A DNA stretch of 64,000 bases from Laetmonice hystrix (GCA_965235115.1 OZ249436.1:43834001-43898000), one strand, 5' to 3'; positions 52,735 to 63,390 are shown, numbered from the stretch's first letter. Made by a program: numbers and translations. Notes: generated by a model from the sequence alone, not told the origin.

Positions 52735-53528
52735 CTACAACCTTACCTTCTCTCGGCCGCCTGGACCTTTGTGTCTACAACCTTACCTTCTCTCCACAGC
52801 CTGGACCTGTGTCTACAACCTTACCTTCTCTCCGCAGCCTGGACCTCTGTGTCTACAACCTTACCTTCTCTCCACAGCCTGGACCTCTGTGTCACAACCT
52901 TACCTTCTCTCCGCAGCCTGGACCTCTGTGTCTACAACCTTCTCTCCGCAGCCTGGACTCCTGTGTCTACAACCTTACCTTCTCTCCGCAGCCTGGACCT
53001 CTGTGTCTACAACCTTACCTTCTCTCCACAGCCTGGACCTCTGTGTCTACAACCTTCTCTCCGCAGCCTGGACCTCTGTGTCTACAACCTTCTCTCCGCA
53101 GCCTGGACCTCTGTGTCTACAACCTTACGTTCTCTCCGCAGCCTGGACCTCTGTGTCTACAACCTTACCTTCTCTCCCTGGACCTCTGTGTCTACAACCT
53201 TACCTTCTCTCCGCAGCCTGGACCCTGTGTCTACAACCTTACCTTCTCTCCGCAGCCTGGACCTCTGTGTCTACAAGCTTACCTTCTCTCCCTGGACCTC
53301 TGTGTCTACAACCTTACGTTCTCTCCGCAGCCTGGACCTCTGTGTCTACAACCTTACCTTCTCTCCGCAGCCTGGACCTCTGTGTCTACGACCTTACCTT
53401 CTCTCCGCAGCCTGGACCTCTGTGTCTACAACCTTACCTTCTCTCCGCAGCCTGGACCTCTGTGTCTACAACCTTCTCTCCGCAGCCTGGACCTCTGTGT
53501 CTACAACCTTACCTTCTCTCTGCAGCCA
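52735..53528. repeat. Pyrimidine-rich minisatellite, 40 bp (with deletion variants) x~21
   Basis: Unit cctggacctctgtgtctacaaccttaccttctctccgcag. Confidence 0.95.
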
Positions 53529-54025
53529 GACGAGTTTTTAAGAACTAGAAATGGTAGCAGTGTAAGATAAGAAACGTGCCTCAATGTATTTGAAAGGGCA
53601 CCTGCTGATAGCTGTTGAATAATGTAGGCGCCATTGAATGATCTGCTGACTTAGAGAGCCGTAGGCCGGGGTATTTATACAAGGAGAGAAAACTAATGAT
53701 AAGACGGATACTGACGTGTTGACGGTAATTACCAATAGTAATTACCGGCCTGTCAGATTAATTAATCAAAGCGGTGCCGCCAGACCTGTGAATGATCACG
53801 GGTTGAACCAGTGCTTTATCGTGTTCATTATCGTATTTGATAAAAATACATGGGGGTATATATATGTACCCGTCCGCCTCTGGGGGTTTAAGATGAGAGA
53901 TCTCAGGAAGATCTTGAAGATCGGGAGGGGGGAGATGTGTTTACAGTTCGGTAAGAGTTCTGCTCTACTTGCCTCTGTTCGCTCCGACCTGAAACTAACA
54001 CCCGATATTGAATTTGTGTTTGCAG

Positions 54026-57000
54026 GGAGCCGAGCTGAAGGGTTCGTGAGTGTGCCGCTAGGAGCGCCACTGTTGCCGTCTAAGGTGATATCGGAAACGG
54101 CCGGGTCCGGTAGTTCGGGACCAGGTGGTCAGTCGGCCTCCTGCCGGCTGGGAGGGTCAGCAACAACTGTGACAGTAACAGACCAGGTCAGACCCACACC
54201 GCTCAAGTCAACGTCCACAGTTGGCTCCGTGACAACTAACACAGCTGAAACCATTTCTGTCATACCTTCGGCAACCACAGAGCGACCAGCTTTGAGAGCG
54301 GAGCAAACGGTTACAAATGGATCAACTGTGCAGGTCGCAGCGCTTGGGTTGAGTGGGACACACGAGGAGGATGTAAAATCTCTCGGTTTCGATGACACAG
54401 TCGTTGAGGATCCGAGCGAAGACGACCGTTTGGATGTGAGTACCACCAGTTCTGGGAGTCGTTCTAGTTACGTTGATCACGCTGAGGCAAGTACAGCGTC
54501 GGTTACGTCTTCCCCACCACCTCCACCAGGTACTCAGACGGAGGAGGAGGAAGGAGTTGGAGGACAGCGGAGAATGTCCAGTCAGAGTACCGGGTCGTCG
54601 GACCTAGGCGCCCCTGACTACCCACGCTTACCACCAGATGGCCACGAGTTCCCGGAACGAGTGACGAATGGTGACAGTATCGACCTCCACGCCGAGGTTC
54701 CCCACCAATCTGTGCCCCCGCCTCCTGCCGCATTCAAAGATAACATGGACGATAAAACAGATACCACCCTGTCTCCTGGCTGTGAGACGTCCCCTGAAGA
54801 CCTTCAGCCTAAGGCGGACCTTACGACCCGCAGGATCCCGGGACAGTCAACCTTCTACCCCGCCGCCCCAAGATTTCAAATCAGAAAACCCTCGCCAACA
54901 CCGCCCCCTGTCGCCCCACGGAAACACCACCCTGACTTCCAGAAACTCAAGGACAGTGTTCATGCGACACAAGCGCCCCCTGGCGGATTAACAGATGTAC
55001 ATTCAGGAGATGGCGATCTGTCTCACACACGGGTTGATGCGGTGGACCTTCTCAACCCTGACAACACTCACTCCATGGATACCAAACAGTCCACTATCCC
55101 AGACCTGGTACCACTTGGTGACCAGGGATCTGTGCTCTATACAGATGTACAACACACCGTCCAAACTACAGTGGTCCATGCTTCTAGTACCTCAGACTCT
55201 GTATTTGATGACAATGATAACACCTTGGATTTACCGACCTCATTCCACGATCAAACTCACTCTAACTCTGGAAGTCGTAGATCAAGTGTCAGCTCTGACT
55301 CCGGGAGTATATCCTCCGAACACAAGAGATCCTTCGCTCCTCCCCTCCAAGGGACCAAGAAAGAAAGTGTCATTGACACCCTGGAGAAGAAAAGAAGAGA
55401 GAGTATGGGTGCCCGACTGAAGGGTCTCCAGGTGCCCTCCCGGCGGACCTCCACTGGGTCCCCCACGGCCACCACCCTGCCCACCCTCACCACCAAGGTC
55501 CAGAGTACCCTGCCACAGATTGGCGACAAGAGGAGGTCGCTTGGCCTCATGGGATTGAAACCCTTCAAACCACCGACGTTGAAAAAACCGGACGCTGATA
55601 GTGAATCCAATGTCTCGAAAATCAGAGCCCAGATCGAATATCAGTCTCAGGCGCAGCAGTCGGAGTTGTTTAAACCTAAGCCTTTCAGACCCATAGGATA
55701 CACGTCAGGGAGTAAATCTGAACCGAGAAGACCAAAACCACTGAAAGTTTTTGATGATCCAGATCCTGTACCGTATAAACAAGATGATATAGCACCTCCG
55801 ATATCGCCTCCCATGGAACCAGTTCTCACGGCTCTTCCTGGGTCGTCTCCAATCACAGCAGGAGTTGAAGTCTGTCGTGGTCTGGACCAGGAACAGGACG
55901 TCAAGGTCGAGTCTGTCCTGGCCAAGTCTCCACCAGTTCCAGCCCCGCGGCCAAGGATGAAACCCAAACAACCGCTGGAACCTGAGCTAGGAGACACTGA
56001 GATACAACCACCAGCCAAGTCTCCGCCTCCTACCTTACCCAAGCCATCCGTGAGGCCCATGTCGACTGGCAGGATCGCCAGGCCAAACGTCGCCCCCAAA
56101 CCCAAGTCCCGGACCCCATCCGAGGGCTCCGAGCCGGCGGCGGTGGGAGACCTCGGGTCGCCGACCTCACCTCGAGTCATGGAGTACTCAGCGGGGTCGC
56201 TACTCGAGGCAGGATGGCAATCTGAACCAAGTCAGCACACAGACCAACCGCCAGTTCCTCCTCTAGTTCTCTCTCCCTTTGATACAAGCGAGCTGAGCTC
56301 AAAAACATCCTCCCTCTCTCCGACATCTCCCTCGGACAGTGAAGATTTCCGTAAAGTCACCTCCCCAACGTCTCCACCTGGGGAAGACGGTAAATCCAAT
56401 GATACCAAGCCTGCCCACAGATACTTGCTTCACCTCAGCCAGCCGCTCAGACAGGGTCCCAAACCCTTCTTCTCCAGTAATCCCCCGGTAGGAACTCTCC
56501 ATGGTAGCCTTGACACGCTGACCTCTGACCCCCTGACCCTATCTCCGTCCTCCTCCCAGCCGGGAAGTGACGTCACAGAGGTTGAGACTCGGATTGTCGA
56601 GACGTTTGAGACGTCAGTTAAGTCGTTGGATAAACAAGAGCCAGCAGTCATGTTGGATCAACCTGAACCAGTCTTTGATTTGGATAAACCTATGCAAGCA
56701 GTTACATCTGATCCAGCATTTACGGTGGATAAACCGGAGCCTGTAGTCGGTTTGGTTAACTTTGAACCAGCAGTTACGTTTGATAAACTTGAGCCAGCTG
56801 TCGAGTTGGATAAACTTGAGCCAGCTGTCGAGTTGGATAAACTTGAGCCAGCTGTCGAGTTGGATAAACCTGTGCCAGCTGTCGAGTTGGATAAACTTGA
56901 GCCAGCTGTCGACCTGGATAAACTTGAGCCAGCTGTTGAGGTGGATCTGGAGCAAGAAGTACCCGTTTATAAACCTCAGCCTACAGTCGATATGATGAAC

Positions 57001-58093
57001 TTTGAGTCAGCAGTCACGTTTGATAAACTCGAGCCAGCAGTTGAGGGTGACAAACCTGAACAAGCAGTCGATCAGCTCGAGTCAGCAGTCGACAGGTCAG
57101 TCGAACTACAAGTCGATACTGTCTCCGTGCCGGCTCCTAACCTGGACGAGTCGGTCGAGTCGCTAGATGAACCTGTTGTTGAGGATATTATTGAGCCACG
57201 AATCGCGACCAAACCACAGGTTGATGTCGAGAAGGATATGGAGTCGATCGTGGTTAGCGAGGACAGTGAGATCGTGGCCCCTCCCAGTCAGTATGAGGAC
57301 AGTCTGGTAGAGGTCCGGGAGACTGTGAGCGGGGTCCGGGAGACGGTGAGCGAGGTCCAAACTACCACAACCACAGTGGTCACTGAGAGAGATGACATTG
57401 AATGTTCTCTTGACGTGGACTCAGGACTGACGGAGGACAGTGACGCGTCCACCGTGATCGAGGTCGTACCGCCAGATGGCAGCACTCCATCCTCCACCGA
57501 CCTCCTCACCAGACACGTGGAGCAGGAGGTCGCCCTCCTTGACCTCATTCCTCCACCCCTGCCATCTGACGACCCTCCCCGGCTGCCATCCTTTCCAGTG
57601 CCTCCCCCTCCGCTGGAGTTCGCCCCGCTTGACGCTGACGGCGATCTCCAGGTCGTCAGGACGGAAGAGATTGCTGTTGTTGATGTTTGTGAAGTGCTGG
57701 GCGTCCAGGAGGTTCAGTCCACATCCCTGGGGGTCACCAGCGAACCAAGTCCACGCCCGGCCGACCTCCCCCCAGTTCCCCAGGACCCGGTCCCTGACCT
57801 CCCAGTCCCGGACCTGCCGGCGTGCCCGGTCCCAAACCTCCCAGTCCCGGACCTGCCGGCGTGCTCGGTCCCTGACCTCCCGGCCGGCCCGCCCCCACCA
57901 CCCCCACCTCCTGCACAACTTGTAGACGATCCAAGCGGGACCAGTCAGCCTGCCGACCAGGAGGACGTGTCTGAAGGCCGTGGCTCCATCCTCAGCAGCC
58001 CGGAGGCCGCCCTCCTCTCCCCATCACCAACTCCAAGTGATGCGGATTCTGGCATAGACTCCGCCAAGAGCGACTCGGCTCGGCTCGACAAAG
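54026..58093 (+). CDS. PDZD2: Giant coding exon (4068 nt, phase 1-1), Pro/Ser/Thr/acidic low-complexity linker with no recognisable domain
   Basis: Within ORF 53716..58149. Acceptor tttgtgtttgcAG at 54024-54025 is in phase with the upstream exon (G|GG). Donor AAAG|GTACGT at 58094. Length is a multiple of 3. Confidence 0.85.
56764..56946 (+). repeat. Coding tandem repeat, 27 bp (EPAVELDKL), with degenerate copies from ~56640 to ~57085
   Basis: In-frame 9-aa units in the second giant exon. Confidence 0.9.
57787..57882 (+). repeat. Coding Pro-rich repeat (PVPDLPVPDLPAC-like, 39 bp)
   Basis: Read directly from the translation and DNA. Confidence 0.8.
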
Positions 58094-58687
58094 GTACGTT
58101 GTACCCTTCCCATACCTGTCGCCTGTTAGAAAATCCACATTATTCATGAAGTGCCACGATTCCCCACATGACCAATAATTAGTTCTTGAATAAGAATCAA
58201 TAAGTGACCCGGATATAGATTTCCCACGAGGATACGGACCATGCAGGCGTGTCACCCAAACTGTATGTTATGATAGAGTTGCCACAATTACTTAATCTAA
58301 GATGGCGTCTTGACGATGTAAGCACGCTGGGCCTCCTTAAGAAGGTATTATTGTGCGGTGTGTCGAGATGCTGGTATTTTGATCTTCAACTTTCAGCACT
58401 AGTGAGGACAGGTAGCGGGTCGACTTCCCATAGGTAATGCTAGCAGTGAACCTGACTTACTAATCGGTCTGCCCTTCATTTCAAAGTTCGTGTGTGTTGT
58501 GAAGTGGTTTGGTTTGTGTCGACATTTCGGTGTAGTTTGAGTGTGAATAAAACTATAAGATCCACAACTTAAATAGAAAGATAATGCGTCCATCAACCAA
58601 CTTAGAACAACCAAAGTTCCCAATCCCGTAATCAGTGGTTTTGTGAATCGATTAGGCCTAAGTCCCTCATGTAACCAAAACTATGTC

Positions 58688-58918
58688 GTATAACATCCGT
58701 TAATAGTGGCAAGAGGACTTGGATGTATAACATCCGTTAATAGTGACAAGAGGACTTGGATGTATAACATCCGTTAATAGTAACAAGAGGACGTGTGGAT
58801 GTATAACATCCGTTAATAAGTGACAAGAGGACTTGGATGTACAACATCCGTTAATAAGTGACAAGAGGACTTGGATGTATAACATCCGTTAATAGTGACA
58901 AGAGGACTTGGATGTATA
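58688..58918. repeat. Tandem repeat, ~37 bp x6
   Basis: Unit gtataacatccgttaatagtgacaagaggacttggat. Confidence 0.9.
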
Positions 58919-59349
58919 ATAGGATATATGGGAGAGAGAAAGTAGACGCTCTGACCAGTCACCGTGTAGATAAGGTCGTGAGATATAGCTATTGGTTTGG
59001 TGATGTTCTGACAACATCTGGTCATAAAGCAGGATCATAGTGTCAGCTGTGTTCTAGTAAACTGTACGGTCGAGGGTCGAGTTCAATATGGCGTCATCAA
59101 ACATGTGCACGTTTTGTAACCATGGACGCACATTGAGCCAGTTTCTAACTGGTTTACATCAGAGCGTTTGACATATGACCCAGTTCTGGAATGTGCATGA
59201 CCTAAATATTAGATTAGTGATAATCCTGGAGTGGATTTCGTTCTTTGAAAGTGTTGATGTCAACTCGGAGGCAACTCTTTTAAAGGGATGGAAAACACAC
59301 GGCAAATAAGGTTTCGTAGACCAAATGAAACACCAGCATTTACCTCAGG

Positions 59350-59563
59350 GCCCGATGTGTGACGCCGCTGGTTCTAACCTTGCTCTGTTTGTGTGGTCAT
59401 CACCTCGGACGTTTACAAACGTTGGGACTCCAAACATCGTGTAGACAAGGTCTGTGAGCAGAGTAACACGTAATGTTATGCAATATGCCGTGGTGTGCAG
59501 CATTCGGCTCTGATGAACACACAAGCAGGTCAAGGTCAGAACCAGCGGCGTCACACATCGGGC
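59350..59563. repeat. Foldback: 53-bp inverted repeats (48/53 complementary) around a 108-bp spacer
   Basis: 59350-59402 gcccgatgtgtgacgccgctggttctaaccttg... versus 59511-59563 ...caaggtcagaaccagcggcgtcacacatcgggc. Confidence 0.9.
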
Positions 59564-60358
59564 AGTTACACGTTAATTACTTCATTCAGACAACGTAATT
59601 GTGGTATTTATTGCCCTGAGGTAAATGCTGGTGTTCCATTTGGTCTACGAAACCTTATTTGCCGTGTGTGTTTTCTATCCGTTTAACTTGCCCTGCATAA
59701 ACAGCAACAAACTGCGTGTAACCCTGACTGTGTATACTGACTGTGTTGTTTGGCCCATGTTGTGTGCAGGGAGCAATCATTAACTGTGAGGTATGTCCTT
59801 ACAAATCCTATATCTCCTCGCCACGCTGTCATGTCGCCGTGTACTGACGCTGGCGCCCCCTGCTGTGTTATTCCGAAGGTTGTCTGTAGTTGAATGGATT
59901 ATTCTATCGAAGTCATTCTGCCTGCATTACTTATTTCCGTCACTTCTATTACTACTGGTTTCTACCTGTATTTCCCACAATATTGGCGGTGTATACAGTG
60001 AAGATTGAAGGTGTTTCTGTTCTCATTATCTGACGTCAACCTTTCGCTCACCTGTTAACTTCTGGCCAATTATTGTAATCGTAAACTTCAGTGTGACGGC
60101 TGTGGTTGATGTGCAGTATACGTGAATCGTGTTGAATATAAATTTCATAGTTTTTGAAAGAGTTTCTGCTGGAGAAAAGGACCGACACATCTATACAAAT
60201 ACCAATGTTATTTATATTGAATCAGGAAGTGCACTAGACGTTATGATTAAATTAAAGAATATGTCCTTTTAGGTACATTTTCATCATTTTATAATATTAA
60301 GCAAATTCCAGAGTAGCAGACAATGTTTTCTAAATGAATGGTGTTTTAATTTCGCCAG

Positions 60359-60823
60359 ATTGCCAAGGACCGCTTCCCAATGCTAAGCTTCATTCTCGAG
60401 AGGACAGACCGCGTGGTAGTTTCACCATTCGGCCGGCAGAGGGCAACACTATCATGCCCTATCCCGACTCCCACACGACTGGTGCTGCCACCTTTCCAAA
60501 AGGCCGCGTAACTAGCCCCCAAGCGGTGACAAGCGACATTAACTCCGAGGGAGCATCTGCAGGGACGATGCCGGTAGATGGCGACACTAGCGTCCCTCTC
60601 CGGTATACAGTGTCCCCATACACCGCCAGGCCGTACGAGCGCAGTGCGGCGTCCCTCACCTCCCCACAGCAGACGACAACACGACCAGCAGACGATCATG
60701 TCGAGAAGGAAGTCCTCGCGGTCGAACTCAGCAAGGGATCAGTCGGTCTCGGCTTCTGTATCGAGGGAGGTAAAGGGTCGCCTCTCGGGGATCGACCAAT
60801 CACCGTCAAGAGACTCTTTAAAG
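60359..60823 (+). CDS. PDZD2: Coding exon (465 nt): linker plus N-terminal half of the C-terminal PDZ (GLGF loop)
   Basis: Acceptor ttttaatttcgccAG at 60357-60358 (phase 1, G|AT). Encodes KEVLAVELSKGSVGLGFCIEGGKGSPLGDRPITVKRLFK. Donor AAAG|GTGCGT at 60824. Confidence 0.93.
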
Positions 60824-61691
60824 GTGCGTAGCACGTGACCACACTTGTTAAAGTACGAAATAAAAAAACAGAACTTTGTATATTCATTAAAACAGTTGGT
60901 CATACCATCAGATTTAAGATTGTTGGGGATTTTTTCAAAAGACATTTCATTGAATAGTTAGGCCTACATCGGCTTAGATCTTGTAGGGATTAAATTTATG
61001 TTTGATACGCCTATGTCAAATATTTCAACCTGATTGTATTGGTACCCATAGGACTACATTTTACTTCACTACACATGCCTGCAATCTACATGTCTGTGTT
61101 TAATGTGTGGATATTTTGTCACTTGTTTGGCGGGAAAGGTAAATGCTAATTTTTCACCCTTTGGTAACTCAGATGACGACACCATAGAAACAGAACAAGA
61201 AGGTAAACAATAGATTAAGGTGAATGTAGATTCTATATGTTAAGAACTTTGTCTCTCACCACTGTCACCTCAGAAGATGGCTCTGGGTTTGTTTTTCAGC
61301 TGTATGTTTGAACTAACTCTCCCAACTCACGTTACTCTTTGAAGAGTAGTCGATTTTAAAATGAAAAACTTTGAAATGTTGACAGACGTTTCAGCGTCCA
61401 GTTTGGCTGCTGCCGTGCACCGCATGTCTTAATACTATCACACATAAGGACGTTGTATTCACAAACAAACTGGTCACACAAACTTCTTTAAGTTGACGTA
61501 GATATTAAAGAGATGAGCTCGAACTAACAATGATGATATACAAGGTAACAATAAGTAGGCCTAGGCCTATCTATTTATAAATGTGCAGATCTCTCACCAA
61601 ACACATCAAGAGAAACCTCTGGCATCGGATGATCATGTAATAATATGGATACATGTAGTTAGATTAAAAAGTTGTCTTGGTAGGCATAGTC

Positions 61692-61857
61692 CAGGGGCGG
61701 ATCCAGAAATTTCAGTTAGGGGGGCAATGCAGAAATTTCAGTTAGGGGGGACTGACTGTGCAACTGGCGGCATAGATCTAAGTCACGGCAGGCGAGTTTT
61801 TAAAATTCTCCAATTTTTAGGGAGGCCCTTTGCCTCCGGTCCCTGGATGCACCCCTG
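61692..61857. mobile_element. MITE-like element with 15-bp TIRs
   Basis: Left caggggcggatccag, right ctggatgcacccctg (13/15 complementary). Confidence 0.6.
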
Positions 61858-62542
61858 TAGCAGGCCCTACACTAGTTATTACCATGCTGGTGTTGTCAGT
61901 TTAAGACAGTCTGGGTATAGATCTCTGGTTTTCTTGATAAATTGTGTCATTGGCGTAAGTCTATTAGACGTCATTGTAGGGCCTTACCTGGTGACGTACC
62001 CCGGGTAACACCCTGCGACTTTAAATAATAGAAGTTATCCATCAAGAAGATTTATATTAAAATTTTATGTTTGACATGCGATCCAGAGTTCACGACGTGG
62101 GCCATGAATGTAGACAAGCTCATAGATTTCCTGAGATACGATAGTAATTAACATAAATAATCGCTGGACACTAAAGTTGATCGTTATTCTAAAGGATTGG
62201 ATTATGCTGTGTCGTCATGCCTCGAGGGAGTGGAATTTACATGTGAAGAAGCACAGAATCACATATTAAAATATAGGTCATCGGTTGAGAAATTCTACAA
62301 GGTTCATACAAGGCTGCATTCCATGTCTACCGTCACGGTACAGTGAGGCAGTCATATCTCATGGCAGGTCAACTCGGGGTCAACTGTCGTCGAGTGGCGT
62401 ATCCAGGAGGGGATCCAAGTATCCCGGGCACCCCCCCCCCCCTCTCCCCGGTTGAAAAAATACTATATTAAGGTCATTTTTGTAAAACAGGAGTGTAAAA
62501 AGTGCATTATTTTAACCAAAGGAAACCTTTATATTTCCACAA

Positions 62543-63218
62543 GAGACCAGGTTAAGTGGTTGCTAAGTTATGTTTGCTTGTAGACAACTTGGAGACCAGG
62601 TAAAAGTGGTTGCTAAGTGATGTTTCCTTGTAGGGACCTACAACGTGGAGACCAGGTAAAAGTGGTTGCTAAGTTATGTTTCCTTGTAGGGACCTACAAC
62701 TTGGAGACCAGGTAAAAGTGGTTGCTAAGTTATGTTTCCTTGTAGGGACCTACAACTTGGAGACCAGGTAAAAGTGGTTGCTAAGTTATGGTTCCTTGTA
62801 GGGACCTACAACTTGGAGACCAGGTAAAAGTGGTTGCTAAGTTATGTTTCCTTGTAGGGACCTACATCTTGGAGACCAGGTAAAAGTGGTTGCTAAGTTA
62901 TGTTTCCTTGTTGGGACCTACAACTTCTAAGTTATGTTTCCTTGTAGGGACCTACATCTTGGAGACCAGGTAAAAGTGGTTGCTAAGTTATGTTTCCTTG
63001 TAGGGACCTACATCTTGGAGACCAGGTAAAAGTGGTTGCTAAGTTATGTTTGCTTGTAGACAACTTGGAGACCAGGTAAAAGTGGTTGCTAAGTTATGTT
63101 TCCTTGTAGGGACCTACAACTTGGAGTCCAGGTAAAACTGGTTGCTAAGTTATGTTTTCTTGTAGGGGCCTACAACTTGCAGACCAGGTACAAGTGGTTG
63201 CTAAGTGATGTTTCCTTG
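62543..63218. repeat. Minisatellite, 56 bp x~12, running into the acceptor of the terminal exon
   Basis: Unit ttggagaccaggtaaaagtggttgctaagttatgtttccttgtagggacctacaac. Confidence 0.95.
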
Positions 63219-63232
63219 TTTGTGGGTTCCAG

Positions 63233-63390
63233 GGGACGCAGCCGCCCATGGGAAACTGCACCCCGGTGACGTCATAACCAAAGCCAACGACCAGGACTTT
63301 AGTGATCTGTCACACTTCACGGCCTGGAGTTACCTGAAGTCCCTACCAGAAGGACCCATTAAACTGGTCATACACCGCCGTAAACAATAG
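63233..63390 (+). CDS. PDZD2: Terminal coding exon: C-terminal half of the last PDZ domain and stop codon
   Basis: Acceptor tgtgggttccAG at 63231-63232 (phase 1, G|GG), then DAAAHGKLHPGDVITKANDQDFSDLSHFTAWSYLKSLPEGPIKLVIHRRKQ; TAG at 63388-63390. Confidence 0.93.

Larger units (their letters stand above)
22303..63390 (+). other. PDZD2: Gene span (3' part) of a multi-PDZ PDZD2/pro-IL-16-like scaffold gene; 5 exons recovered, >=3136 aa, 5' end not identified
   Basis: Five exons joined by GT-AG introns with phases 0|2|1|1|1 give one open frame (4559+161+4068+465+158=9411 nt, divisible by 3). The C-terminal PDZ (VELSKGSVGLGFCIEGGKGSPLGDRPITVKRLFKGDAAAHGKLHPGDVITKANDQDFSDLSHFTAWSYLKSLPEGPIKLVIHRRKQ) closely resembles the last PDZ of IL-16/PDZD2 as recalled. 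The symbol is a family-level assignment; PDZD2 versus IL16 orthology is not resolved. Confidence 0.8.

Noticed and set aside
53716-54025. Start codon and N-terminal extension of ORF 53716..58149 (likewise the start of ORF 22285)
   Set aside because: In-phase acceptors at 54025 and 22302 explain the ORFs as internal exons; the upstream parts are AT-richer intron read-through.
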